Shown here piece after piece: positions 22,701-31,475 of a stretch of 64,000 nucleotides of DNA. Numbering within the stretch: the stretch's first letter is position 1; every line of letters starts with the position of its first letter. A program made the translations under genes and the position numbers. This stretch comes from an uncultured Fimbriimonadaceae bacterium (lineage in GTDB: Bacteria > Armatimonadota > UBA10988): contig CAZHGD010000010.1 in assembly GCA_964531735.1 (NCBI GenBank), positions 9,673 to 73,672 of the forward strand. Reading direction: 5' to 3'. A model generated the notes under the pieces. It made no database searches and was not told where the DNA came from. It saw only the letters and a list, made by a program, of their open reading frames with translations.

Positions 22701-23831
22701 GCGCACCAGCGTGCGGGCCACCTGGTACCACGGTCGCGCGAAGCGGCCACTGGGCGGCTTGCTCGGGTAGTCCCAGGAGCCGGCCGACGACTCGGGGTAG
22801 ATGCTGGCCAGCAGGTCGAGGAAGCAGGCGGCACGGTCGGCGTACCGCTCGTCGCCGGTCACCGCATAGGCGTCGGCCAACTGGTCAATCGCGTCGGTCC
22901 ACTGTTCGGTGACCCAGGCGTTCCACGAGCCCACGAAGTAGTGGACGCGGCCATCGGGGCCACGGTAGCCGGTGCCGCCGTCCGGGTACTGCTCGTTGGG
23001 CAGGACGAGGCCGTCACCGCTACGCACCCGGCCGGGCTCATCCCACGAACAGCGGGCGCCACCCCAGGTGCCCCACGAGGCACCGCTCTTGGGCGAGCCG
23101 GTGAACCCGTAGGCGTAACACGCGCCGGGCGCCGGCAGGAAGCGGCGCCATTCGGCCTCCGAACGGGCGAGCCAACGGTCGGCGCTCTTGACCACGCCGT
23201 CGGCCACGCGTCGGCCCCAAGCGGTCTCCTTCGCGTTGCGGCGCGCGCGGGCCACGTCGGCGGGGGTGTTGTACACGCACGGGTACTCCGCCCGGCGCTT
23301 TGGTGTCAACGAGGCCAACGGGCGCGGGTGTGGCGTCGATGGCGGCAGTTGGACCTGCCGTTGCGGGTCGAGGTAGACGCGGACCTCGCGGATGCCCACA
23401 TACGTGCGGGGCTCGACGACGGCGCTGATGCGGATGACCAGGCTGTCGGCGGTGACTGGCGCCGTGAAGCGGAGCACCTGCGCTTCAGTGGACGTGTCGT
23501 CCACTCGGCTCGCCACCACTTGCCCGCCGGCCTCGACCTCGCAGGCCTGCCAGGCGGCATAGATGCTGGGTTCACTAACCCAGGCGCCGGTGACCTGTAC
23601 GGTGTCGAAGCGCTGTGGCTGCGGCCAGGTCAGCGTCAGCGTCTGGGGCAGTGGGGCGTCGGCGGCGCACGCCCAGCGCGTCTGCAGGTCGCCGTCCAGA
23701 GCGGCGGGCGGGACGTACTTGCCGCCCGCCGACGTGCTGGCCGAGGCCTTGGCTGACGGCGCCAGGTCCATGGGCAGCGCGGCCAGCAGCGAGACGGTCA
23801 GCAGCGACGGGCAGACCAGGAGTGGCATCAT
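19728..23831 (-). CDS. secreted heparinase II/III-like polysaccharide lyase family protein with N-terminal F5/8-type-C (discoidin) domain
   Basis: ORF trimmed to ATG 23829-23831 (MMPLLVCPSLLTVSLLAALP signal peptide; GGAG SD). Hepar_II_III-like motifs NGHADYMRG, WGPSLNHGHLDDLGLIYY, HAMVTVNEH. N-terminal DGDLQTRW...LTLTWPQPQRFDTVQV is discoidin-like. Confidence 0.8.
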   Translation of the reverse strand: MMPLLVCPSLLTVSLLAALPMDLAPSAKASASTSAGGKYVPPAALDGDLQTRWACAADAPLPQTLTLTWPQPQRFDTVQVTGAWVSEPSIYAAWQACEVEAGGQVVASRVDDTSTEAQVLRFTAPVTADSLVIRISAVVEPRTYVGIREVRVYLDPQRQVQLPPSTPHPRPLASLTPKRRAEYPCVYNTPADVARARRNAKETAWGRRVADGVVKSADRWLARSEAEWRRFLPAPGACYAYGFTGSPKSGASWGTWGGARCSWDEPGRVRSGDGLVLPNEQYPDGGTGYRGPDGRVHYFVGSWNAWVTEQWTDAIDQLADAYAVTGDERYADRAACFLDLLASIYPESSAGSWDYPSKPPSGRFARPWYQVARTLVRYVEAYDLIYASGVLDKPSARPALEQTWPAGPRAQQTAVGTADRRGVTRPGLTRRQNIDLNLVLDGGYYCYEHTFSGMLHNGHADYMRGALAAGALLGIPAMVRNAIDSPYSFWAMVANNCDRDGRYYETSLMYSLHARSLYLTFVAPLLNWRDEQYPRGVELLADARFRSYYRLPSLVFRSAGHETNYGDTGPNTGQIRPPSHPFDRGDYAMAEEVYAGTTGAAKEEFAAILRWLGKGHIERLRETSAGRWNLYHSDPIAAGPAALPPDLHRQVFASWFLGQKGMAFLRDGAGGDQQVAFLRWGPSLNHGHLDDLGLIYYAKGWQCTYDIGYGLGSTHTQVGWARQTVSHAMVTVNEHPQSGPGSGGSLHLFARLPGLKLIEADSPLSYGREGVSLYRRTVALVGEGRDQVLVDLFRVAGGRQHDYVIGAQGEQPTVTGVTLGTAGDGSLAAGGESWGRRLGHDGDVIGQPNKPYWNPPPGNGYGFFWAPQRAPAGQPFVVDWPLGGGNDAHFQVHCLPEADSEAIVAKAPGLYRNQPNASYALVRRRGADGLRSTFAAVAAPYARPPEAGVFGPAELAERVLENDAQTILGSGFGPGYLLLKGQPGQQATFGLEVAEAGDYDVRLDCLLYPSYGRIQLSLDGTRLGQPLNLQAGEAKPLTRFELGRHHLTAGPHRLRVQLVDRTLAGLQRLSLQRAGTATPVASPVVTAAQRLAVTGDAAAVPAAVRYRRGDADELLLSAIGEADCRVTTPQGEVRWRGGTAWLSFSGGQLAAVALAGCAGLTAGDVTITPETGAYSGRVTGVDADRNTVDLDVPLTGANLLGEAAIFSRREWNRTSGYHIVAVEPRGQGCRLHFGAQSLLLGQGRVMAITDDHTVVSDIPHDYVRSVVDQHSSGFFTGKRVISSSGAETRLREVAFGQPMPLQVDSVNGLRANDVLRYIDLGPGDQVRIPTTVWARRGADGQWQVQSTVPVRLGQTAFAATGLDRPAR

Positions 23832-23938
23832 CGTGGACTCCGCTTGTCGCGGGGGTTGGCCGACCGGCCGGCGAGTCCTGTCGCCCGATCGCAACCGAGT
23901 GGGCCACCGCGGTGCGATGGGTTTGGGTCGGCGCCGTA

Positions 23939-23967
23939 TTGCCCGTGATACGCGCCTATGCTATACT
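23939..23967 (+). promoter_or_regulatory. sigma70-like promoter upstream of secG
   Basis: TTGCCC (23939-23944), 17 nt, TATACT (23962-23967), 24 nt upstream of ATG 23991. Confidence 0.35.
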
Positions 23968-23990
23968 CGCCGCGTTGGACGGGACAGCCC

Positions 23991-24242
23991 ATGCGTTCGA
24001 TTTTGCCCTACCTGGGCTATGTGTGCCAGGCGCTCGGCATCGTTGCCGGCATCGGATTGACCGTGGTCGTGGCGATGCAGACCTCCCGGTCTGAGGGCCT
24101 CAGCGGCATCCTTGCCGGCGGTGGCGGCGGCGGTGGCAAGGTCGGTAAGGATCGCGAGTTGGAGAACTGGAGCTTGCGGTTGGCGTATGGCTGGCTCATC
24201 CTCACGGCGCTGTCGGCCTGGATCCGCCACGCGGCGGTCTAG
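23991..24242 (+). CDS. secG: preprotein translocase subunit SecG
   Basis: Two TM helices separated by a Gln/Ser then poly-Gly segment (MQTSRSEGLSGILAGGGGGGGKVG), as in SecG. tRNA-Leu follows immediately, as in E. coli secG-leuU. Start taken at the second ATG of ORF 23958..24242. Confidence 0.6.
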   Translation: MRSILPYLGYVCQALGIVAGIGLTVVVAMQTSRSEGLSGILAGGGGGGGKVGKDRELENWSLRLAYGWLILTALSAWIRHAAV

Positions 24243-24256
24243 GTGGCGCGCACTCA

Positions 24257-24340
24257 GCCGAGGTGGCGGAATAGGTAGACGCGCCAGTTTGAGGGACTGG
24301 TAACTCTAGGGTTGTGCGGGTTCGAGTCCCGCCCTCGGCA
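24257..24340 (+). tRNA. tRNA-Leu (anticodon GAG), type II with long variable arm
   Basis: GCCGAGG TG GCGG AATAGGTAGA CGC G CCAGT TTGAGGG ACTGG + long variable arm + GCGGG TTCGAGT CCCGC CCTCGGC A. 84 nt. Confidence 0.9.
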
Positions 24341-24361
24341 TCGCTTCCACCAGTACGCAAG

Positions 24362-24401
24362 ATCAGCACGCCGCCGGAGGTCACTCCGGCGGCGTGCTGA
24401 T
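24362..24401. terminator. intrinsic terminator hairpin shared by tRNA-Leu (+) and the PL11 lyase gene (-)
   Basis: Perfect 18-bp stem (ATCAGCACGCCGCCGGAG / CTCCGGCGGCGTGCTGAT) with loop GTCA, 21 nt after the tRNA and 22 nt after the PL11 stop. Confidence 0.5.
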
Positions 24402-24423
24402 TCGGTCGGCCCCCTGCCGGCGC

Positions 24424-27400
24424 CTACGGCACCGGCACCAGGGCCAGGTAGTCCAGGTTGACCGGCTTGTCGTCCGTGTTCTGCAGGCGGATGACGTGCT
24501 TGCCGGCCGCCAGTTCGAGCGGCTTGGGCCAGGTGGCGTGGGCCCAGTCATCGGCACTGGAGCCCATGCCACTCGTACCGCTGAAGGTCATCGTGCCCAG
24601 GGCTTGCCCATCGACCGTGACCGCGCGCGAGGCCGCCTCGTTGGTGCAGTAGCGCACGGTGAGCTGGTAGCGACCGGCGCGGGGCACCACGAGCGACCAT
24701 TCCAGCCAGTGGCCGGCCTTGTCCCAGTGTGAGGTGGCCTTGCCGACCATGCCGACCTTGTCGGTGCGGATCTGCACCGACCCGCCGCCCTGGCCGGCGA
24801 AGTCCTCGGCCTGCGCCAGGGGCACCCCGGCCAACGGCCGGCTGGGCACGGTGATGGGCACCGCGTTGCGCAGGTCGACATCGCCGGCCTGCAAGTGCGC
24901 GGTGACCTGCGACGACCCGGCGCGCGCGCCGGCCGGCAAGGCCACCATCTGCACGCTGCGAGCGCCCGGCGCCAGGTCGACCGCGAAGCGGGCCGGGCTC
25001 AGCTCACCGGCCGAGCTGGCCAGGCTGACCTGACCGCGCACGGCCCGGTCGAGCGGTGCCGAGACGACCACGCGGACCTTCGGGCCATCTTCGCCCTTGG
25101 CGGGCACGGCGGTGAGGTTGAGGTTCGGCGCGGTGGCCTCCAGGCAGTACGACGTGGTGGCGTTCTGCGTGTAGCCCATCGCGTTCATCGCGGTGTCGAG
25201 CCGGTAGATCGGGTCCTGCAGCAGACAGACCCGCCGGTCAAAGGCCGGGATGGTGGTGCTGTAGATGCGCAGTTCGCCTGGCCGCGACGTGATCACTTCT
25301 TCGCGCCAGTCGCCCAGCACGTCGGCGACCAGCACCTGGCTGCCGTCGATGGTGCCCGGCTGTGGCCCGCCGTCGAAGTCGATGACCCGCGAACCCCGCA
25401 CCAGTTCGTGTTGCAGATCGGCGTCCCAGTAGGCGTAGCGGGTGCCAAACCCGAGGTCGAGGTCGCGGCTGAACACCTTCCCTGCGGGCAGGTTCCAGAA
25501 CCAGCGGTCACCGTTCGGCTTATGGTCGATGCAGTCGGCGCTGTAGGCTTCGCAGCCCGGCTGGGTCGCGTCGAAGTCGCCGCACATGCCGGTGGCGTGG
25601 ATGTGGATGGTCGGCTTGTCCCAGCCCCAGAGGATGCGGCCGGTCTTGGCGTCGACCAGGCACATGCCGTTGCCCTTGCTCTGGCGCGTCTCGATGCCGT
25701 AGTAGATCTCGAGGCCGGGATGGCTGGGGTCCAGGTCGCCGACGTAGCAGTGGTCCGGATGGCCCAGCCCGGTGCTCCACAGCGCCGTGCCGTTGTCGTC
25801 CAGCACGGCACTGCCCAGCACGACCTCGTCGCGGCCGTCACCGTCCACGTCGGCGGCGTGCGTGAAGTGCGCGCCCTGACCGCGGAACTCGGCGCCGCCC
25901 TCCTTGCTGGTGTACTTCCAGGCGGGCTTCAGCTCAGTGCCGGTCAACTCGTAGGCGTCGACCTTCATCAGCGTGTAAGTGCCCTTCTGGACAATCAGAT
26001 AGGGCGTGCGCCCGTCGAGGTAGGCCACGGCGAGCAGGTTGCGGCTGGCGAGGTTGTAGCCGCTCAAGCCGGTGCCCAGCCCCTCGCGGTTCGGCCACGG
26101 CGCGCGGGCCCGCTCCTTGCCGGTCAGACCGTCGAAGACCACCACCCACTCGCGCCCCGTCTGCACGCGGCCGTCCGGGTCGCGCGGGTCACCTTCGCCC
26201 ATCTTGGCGGCCACCTCGGCGCGGCCGTCACCGTCGAAGTCGTAGACCAGGTAAGGCGAGTACCAGATGCCGCGCTCGATGCCCCAGCCCAGATCGACGC
26301 GCCACATGAAGCGGCCGTCGTTGTGGTAGGCTTCCAGCTTGTAGGTGTCGGGCGACTTGTACCAGTACTTGTCCCAGGGGTCGATGTTCTCGTGCGGCTG
26401 CTTGATGACGTAGTCGAGCTTGCCGTCGCCATCGAGATCGCCGAGGCCGACCTTCTGCGCCTGGTAGTTGCCCTGCAGCTTGATGGCGGTGTAGCCGTCG
26501 TTCGGTACGGCCGTGGCGCCGACGGCCTGCTCCTGGCCGCCGAGCACCGCGCGCACCTGGTAGGTGGCCTTGCCGTCGCCGGGCTGCGCATCCAGGTAGT
26601 CGGTGGTCCAGCGCAGCGGCTGCGCGTTGAGCCGCTGTGCCGCGCCGCCGGTGGCCACGCGGTAGACATTGAAGGCGGTGTCGGCCGGATCGCCCTTCAG
26701 CAACCGCCAGCTCAGGTAGACACCGCGGTCGGTCCGCGTCGCCACCAGGCCGCGGTCGAGCTGCTCGGTGACGCGGGTCTTGGCGTGCCCTTCCAGCTTG
26801 GGCTTGGTCACCACCGGCCGGGCGCCCGGCAGCAGCGAGACGTCGTCGACCCAAGCCTGGCAGGCGCCGGAGCCGACGAAGCGGACCTGCACGGCGTCGA
26901 CGCCGTCAGGCACGCGAACATCGCCGACCAGTTCCTTCCAGTCGTGCGTGCCGTCGGTGGACTCGCTGCCGATGTCCCAGCGGACGGTCTTGCCGCCGGC
27001 GAGTGCCACCACGGTGATGGCGATGCTGTTGGTGCCCTGACTGCGGACCCAGGCGCGGACGGTCAGCCGGTCGCCTGGTTTGACGGGCAACTGCTCGCTA
27101 CAGGTGAAGGCCCAGTCCTGGTCGCCGTCATGGGTGAGCAGCACGCTGCGTTGACCACCGTGCTTGACGTCGCCGACTGGCACCGCGCGGCCCTTGTTCT
27201 GGCGCGACCAGAAGTTCCAGCCCGTGATCTGCGTGCCCTCGCCCGACTCGAAGCCGGGGTTGACCAGGCCCATCGAGCGGGCCACCGTGGGGCGGAAGAC
27301 GACGCAGTCGTAGTAACAGGGGCCGGGGTTTTCTTTGCGGACGAAGCGGTCGTCGACCCACAACTCGAACACACCGTCCTTGATCTCCACCGCCCGAGCC

Positions 27401-27774
27401 AGAATGCCGCCGCGGTAGGGTATCCAGGTCTTGTTGTCGAGCGAGACACCGACGCCCCGTCCGACGTTCGGCAGCACCACGTCGTAGGTGCCGGCCGGAA
27501 TGCCGGTGATCCGCGTGTGCAGCGCCGGCGCGCCGTCCTCGGTCTTCGCCCGGTCGGCGGTCACCGCCGGGCTGCGGAAGACCACGCCACCCGACCACTT
27601 CTTGTCGGCGTCCTTGTCTTTGCTCCACAGGTTCCAGTGGTCGGGAGATTCCTTGTCGACCAGCCAGGCCGACTTCGGCTCCGACCAGTCCTCGGCCTCG
27701 TAACGCAGTTCCTTCGGCTGTGCCGCGGCCAAAGCCAGAGCGGCCGGCAGCAGCAGTAGCCAGCGCGTCGTCAT
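24424..27774 (-). CDS. secreted PL11-family rhamnogalacturonan lyase with N- and C-terminal carbohydrate-binding modules
   Basis: Signal peptide MTTRWLLLLPAALALAAAQP (GGAGGTG SD). Repeated Ca-binding propeller motifs (GDLDGDGKLDYV, YDFDGDGRAEV, ADVDGDGRDEVV) typical of YesW/YesX PL11. C-terminal CBM6/35-like module (WLEWSLVVPRAGRYQLTVRY...VNLDYLALVP). Confidence 0.8.
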   Translation of the reverse strand: MTTRWLLLLPAALALAAAQPKELRYEAEDWSEPKSAWLVDKESPDHWNLWSKDKDADKKWSGGVVFRSPAVTADRAKTEDGAPALHTRITGIPAGTYDVVLPNVGRGVGVSLDNKTWIPYRGGILARAVEIKDGVFELWVDDRFVRKENPGPCYYDCVVFRPTVARSMGLVNPGFESGEGTQITGWNFWSRQNKGRAVPVGDVKHGGQRSVLLTHDGDQDWAFTCSEQLPVKPGDRLTVRAWVRSQGTNSIAITVVALAGGKTVRWDIGSESTDGTHDWKELVGDVRVPDGVDAVQVRFVGSGACQAWVDDVSLLPGARPVVTKPKLEGHAKTRVTEQLDRGLVATRTDRGVYLSWRLLKGDPADTAFNVYRVATGGAAQRLNAQPLRWTTDYLDAQPGDGKATYQVRAVLGGQEQAVGATAVPNDGYTAIKLQGNYQAQKVGLGDLDGDGKLDYVIKQPHENIDPWDKYWYKSPDTYKLEAYHNDGRFMWRVDLGWGIERGIWYSPYLVYDFDGDGRAEVAAKMGEGDPRDPDGRVQTGREWVVVFDGLTGKERARAPWPNREGLGTGLSGYNLASRNLLAVAYLDGRTPYLIVQKGTYTLMKVDAYELTGTELKPAWKYTSKEGGAEFRGQGAHFTHAADVDGDGRDEVVLGSAVLDDNGTALWSTGLGHPDHCYVGDLDPSHPGLEIYYGIETRQSKGNGMCLVDAKTGRILWGWDKPTIHIHATGMCGDFDATQPGCEAYSADCIDHKPNGDRWFWNLPAGKVFSRDLDLGFGTRYAYWDADLQHELVRGSRVIDFDGGPQPGTIDGSQVLVADVLGDWREEVITSRPGELRIYSTTIPAFDRRVCLLQDPIYRLDTAMNAMGYTQNATTSYCLEATAPNLNLTAVPAKGEDGPKVRVVVSAPLDRAVRGQVSLASSAGELSPARFAVDLAPGARSVQMVALPAGARAGSSQVTAHLQAGDVDLRNAVPITVPSRPLAGVPLAQAEDFAGQGGGSVQIRTDKVGMVGKATSHWDKAGHWLEWSLVVPRAGRYQLTVRYCTNEAASRAVTVDGQALGTMTFSGTSGMGSSADDWAHATWPKPLELAAGKHVIRLQNTDDKPVNLDYLALVPVP

Positions 27775-27861
27775 CGCACACCTCCGGCGGGCAGACTGTC
27801 GCCCGCCGCGGTAGCCCTTCGCCTCGTGGCGGCCTGGTCCTGCCCCTCGCCGGGGCGCCGG

Positions 27862-30351
27862 TCACCGCCGGGGGGTCTCCAGCAAGTCGGTCTCGACCAC
27901 CTGGAGCCCGCCCAGATCGATGCGCAGGGTCTTGATCTCGAACGCGCCGAGCGACACGGGCCCGACGACCCCGATCGGCGGCACTTCGATGGTCGTCTGC
28001 CGCGGTGTGCCGGTCGGCTCGAACAGGCGGATGACCAGCTCACGGCCGGTCTCCGCCGCCTTGATGGCGGTCACCTGCGTGACGTCGTCCAGGACGCGCA
28101 CCAAGGGCAGCGGCGGGGTGCCTTGGCCTGAGGGGAAGAACGAGAGCGCCATGGGAGCCTGGTTGTGGGCCAGCGCCTCGCGGTCGAGCCGGGCCAACCG
28201 CTCGGCAGCGGGGCCGGCGTTGAGCCAGCAGCGGTAGAGCCGTTCGCCCTGGTCGATGCGCGCGGTGAACCGGTCCTGGCGGACGATGCTGCGCTCACCG
28301 ATGGGATGGCCGGTGTAGGCAGGTGACCGCAGCAGCGTCAGCCGCAGGCCGTCGGCCGAGAGGTCCGAGCCGTAGACGCCATCGTTGATGCAGGTCAGCG
28401 CGCGCTCGCCGTCGGCCACGGCGGCCACCCACTGCTGCGCCACCGCTTCGTCGCCGTTGGCCGGCAGCTCGCCGACGCCGTAGGCAACCTGTCCCTGGTA
28501 GGTCAGCGCGTTGCCGGCCAGCGGGAAGGCCAGCTTCAACATCTGGTCCTTCTCGGCCCACTGCACGCGGACGCCCAGTTCCAGTTCGGTGCCGCGCTTG
28601 GGCAGCTTGTAGTGCAGGCAGAGGGCGGAGCGGCCGAAACAGAACACCGCTTCGATCACCGTGCGGACCTCGCCGTCCTCGATGATCCGCACCGCGGGCA
28701 GTTCGGCCGCCCGCACGCCTGAGAACCGGGCGCTGTCCGCCGGCGACATCAGCTCGAAGCGCCCGACGACCTGGTCGAACCGGCGGACCCTCATGCCCCA
28801 GGGGTCCTCGTCGTCGGCCAGCACGAGCGCCGCGGCGCCGGGGGCCTTCAGGTACTCGACGCCGTGCACGCGGAAGCTGTCGAGCAGTCCGGTGGTTAGG
28901 TTGACGACGGCTTGCAGGTCGCCGTTGTCGAACGCGAACACGCCGGCCGATGGGTCGAGCGGTGCCAACGGGGGCCGCTCGGGCAGCACCTCCAGCCGGC
29001 AGTCGTAGCGGTTCATCTGCGACGGTTGCAGGTCGGCCGAGAAGACCACGCGTTTGCGCCAGTCGAGCGGCAGGTTGCCCAGTTCCTTCTCAATCTGGGC
29101 CGGCAGGCGCTGCTCGCCTTGGTAGACGCGGGCGGTGGTGAAGGTGTCGGACCAGTTCTGATCGGCCAACTGGAACTCGCACTCGACGATGGCGCGCACC
29201 GGGTAGGGGTGCGGGTTGTAGACCAGGACCGGGATCTCGCGCGGCGCCGCCGGCACTTGGCCGGCGGCCAGGGCGAAGAAGGCGCGTGCCTTGACGCGCG
29301 AGACGGTTTCGAGGCCATGGTCGAGGACGCGCAGCGACATCTCCTCCACCGGCTGGATGGACGAGCCGGGGAGGATGTCGTGGAACTGGCTGGTCAGCAG
29401 GTCGCGGAGCGCGGCCGACAGCTCCTCAGCGGGGTAGGGCAGCAGCCAGTGAGCCCAGGCGGCAGCCGCCATCTTCTCGGTGGCGTAGTACTCGTTCTCG
29501 AGGGCGCGGTGCTTCTGCTTGATGCGCACCTGCGAGGTGTAACAACCCACGGCCCACGGGTTCAGGTCGCCGTGGTGGTGCGGTAGGTCCGCACCGCTGT
29601 CACGGACCTCCTCCCAGAACCGTTCGAGCGTCGAGTGCTTGATGGCCGGGTCACGGGTGCCAACCATCAGCTCGCGCAGGTCCTGGAGGTCCTGGCGCGA
29701 GGGGCCGCCGCCGTGGTTGCCGACGCCCCACAGCAGCGCGTCGCAGGCGTTCGGTGCGCGGTTGGCCAGCCACTGCTCGACCTTCTCTCGCGCGTGCCCG
29801 AGCGGCGAGTTGTAGCCGCCGAAGCGCTGGGCCAGCACTGTCGAGCCATCGTAGCCGACCCAGACGAAGCGGTCGTTCGGCAGCGGGCAGTCGTGCTGGG
29901 CCGGGCGGCAGAAGACATAGGAGTCATAGCCGCACTTGGCCAGGATCTGCACCAGCCCGCGGCTGTGCCCGAAAGGATCGAAGTTGATGGCGGTGGTCGG
30001 CTGCACGCCGAACCTGTCCGCGAAGTAGGCGCGACCGACCAGCGCCTGTCGCACGAACGATTCGCCGCTCGGCAAGTTGCAGTCGGGCTGCAGGTACCAG
30101 CCACCCATGATGTGCCAGCGCCCGTCGGCGACCAGCTTCTGGATGCGGGCGAAGAGCGCTGGCTCCAACTCCTCGACCCACTGGTAGAGGATGGCCTCGT
30201 TGTGGCAGAAGACGAACTCCGGGAACTCGTCGCACAGGTCCGCCGCAGTGCGGAAGGTGGCGATGGCTTCGGCGGCGCCCTCCTCCCATTCCCACTGCCA
30301 GACCGGGTCCAGATGGGCGTTGCAGATGAGGTGCACGGTGGAACAGGGCAT
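27862..30351 (-). CDS. GH38 alpha-mannosidase (cytoplasmic)
   Basis: ORF trimmed to ATG 30349-30351 (MPCSTVHLICNAHLDPVWQWEWEEG). GH38 N-terminal signatures HLDPVW, GGWYLQPDCNLPSGESFVRQ, FDPFGHS. No signal peptide. Confidence 0.8.
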   Translation of the reverse strand: MPCSTVHLICNAHLDPVWQWEWEEGAAEAIATFRTAADLCDEFPEFVFCHNEAILYQWVEELEPALFARIQKLVADGRWHIMGGWYLQPDCNLPSGESFVRQALVGRAYFADRFGVQPTTAINFDPFGHSRGLVQILAKCGYDSYVFCRPAQHDCPLPNDRFVWVGYDGSTVLAQRFGGYNSPLGHAREKVEQWLANRAPNACDALLWGVGNHGGGPSRQDLQDLRELMVGTRDPAIKHSTLERFWEEVRDSGADLPHHHGDLNPWAVGCYTSQVRIKQKHRALENEYYATEKMAAAAWAHWLLPYPAEELSAALRDLLTSQFHDILPGSSIQPVEEMSLRVLDHGLETVSRVKARAFFALAAGQVPAAPREIPVLVYNPHPYPVRAIVECEFQLADQNWSDTFTTARVYQGEQRLPAQIEKELGNLPLDWRKRVVFSADLQPSQMNRYDCRLEVLPERPPLAPLDPSAGVFAFDNGDLQAVVNLTTGLLDSFRVHGVEYLKAPGAAALVLADDEDPWGMRVRRFDQVVGRFELMSPADSARFSGVRAAELPAVRIIEDGEVRTVIEAVFCFGRSALCLHYKLPKRGTELELGVRVQWAEKDQMLKLAFPLAGNALTYQGQVAYGVGELPANGDEAVAQQWVAAVADGERALTCINDGVYGSDLSADGLRLTLLRSPAYTGHPIGERSIVRQDRFTARIDQGERLYRCWLNAGPAAERLARLDREALAHNQAPMALSFFPSGQGTPPLPLVRVLDDVTQVTAIKAAETGRELVIRLFEPTGTPRQTTIEVPPIGVVGPVSLGAFEIKTLRIDLGGLQVVETDLLETPRR

Positions 30352-30506
30352 GGCCGAGGTAGCTCCAGGCGAGGCATGGTCGATCGCGTGCGTTGGCCTC
30401 ATCGAGCGCGCTTCCTCCGTGGCCGCGACCGCCGGCGGCGGTGCTGGTTGCCTTGACACCTGTCGGGCCTGCTCCTAGACTCGTGAATGATCAGCAGGAG
30501 TGGCTC

Positions 30507-31430
30507 TTGAAGATTGCGATCGTTGGCGGCGCCGGCCGCGTTGGTTCGAATGCCGCCTTTGCTTTGCAGATGCGTGGCCTGGGGCGCGAGATCGCGCTGG
30601 TCGACGTCAACGCCGAGGTGGCTGCCGGTGAGGCCCTCGACCTTCTGCACGGGTCGGCGCTGTGCGCTTCGCAGCGGTTCGTCAGCGGCGGCTACGAGGT
30701 TGTCGAAGGCGCCGACCTGGTGGTGGTGACCGCGGGCCTGCGGCGGAAGCCCGACGAGAGCCGCCTCGACCTGATCAATCGCAACGTCGAGCTGTTCCGC
30801 GGCATCCTCGGCGAACTGGCCAAGGTAGAGCTGGCGCCGGCGGCGCACCTGTTCGTGGTCGCCAATCCGGTGGACATTCTGACCTATCTGGCCTGTCGCG
30901 AGACGCGCTTCGACCCGCAGCGCATCTACGGTCTGGGCACGGTGCTCGACACGCTGCGGTTCCGCTCGCACCTGGCCGACGCCCTGCACTGCGACCCCAC
31001 GCAGGTGCAGGCGCTGATGCTCGGCGAGCACGGTGACAGCATGGTGCCGATCTGGTCGACGGCGGTGGTCAACGGCACGCCCATCGACTCGCTCCCTGGC
31101 GTCGATCAGCGCTTGCTCGAAGAGGTACTGCAGCAGACGCGAACCAGCGGTGCCCGGGTCATCAAGCTGAAGGGCGGGGCCGGCTACGCCGTGGGCGTGG
31201 CGATGGCCGAGGTCGTGGCGGCCGTGGTCGGTGACACCGGCGCGCTGCTGCCCATCTCCACCATGCAGAACGGCCTGCTGGGCGTGAAGGACGTCTGCTA
31301 CAGCGTGCCGACGGTGCTCGGCCGCAGCGGCTGGAGCACGCAGGTGGCGCCGCGGCTGTGGCCAAAGGAAGAGCAAGCGCTGGTCAGCTCAGCGCGTGTG
31401 CTGCGAGAGACCATCGACCAGGTGCGCTAG
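30507..31430 (+). CDS. L-lactate/malate dehydrogenase family; Arg at the substrate-specificity position suggests malate dehydrogenase
   Basis: ORF 30393..31430 trimmed to TTG 30507 (AGGAG SD 6 nt upstream), giving MKIAIVGGAGRVGS. TAGLRRKPDESRLDL has Arg at the Q102 (LDH numbering) position. Catalytic His in EHGDS. Confidence 0.8.
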   Translation: MKIAIVGGAGRVGSNAAFALQMRGLGREIALVDVNAEVAAGEALDLLHGSALCASQRFVSGGYEVVEGADLVVVTAGLRRKPDESRLDLINRNVELFRGILGELAKVELAPAAHLFVVANPVDILTYLACRETRFDPQRIYGLGTVLDTLRFRSHLADALHCDPTQVQALMLGEHGDSMVPIWSTAVVNGTPIDSLPGVDQRLLEEVLQQTRTSGARVIKLKGGAGYAVGVAMAEVVAAVVGDTGALLPISTMQNGLLGVKDVCYSVPTVLGRSGWSTQVAPRLWPKEEQALVSSARVLRETIDQVR

Positions 31431-31475
31431 ACGCCGGTGGTTGGCGCGGACCGGCTGAGGCCGACGGGGAGTGGC

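Noticed and set aside
19941-23756. 614-aa and 622-aa + strand ORFs
   Set aside because: Antisense to the heparinase II/III-like gene; low-complexity Gly/Arg/Ala-rich composition.
24895-27759. 954-aa + strand ORF
   Set aside because: Antisense to the PL11 lyase gene, which has a signal peptide and repeated family motifs.
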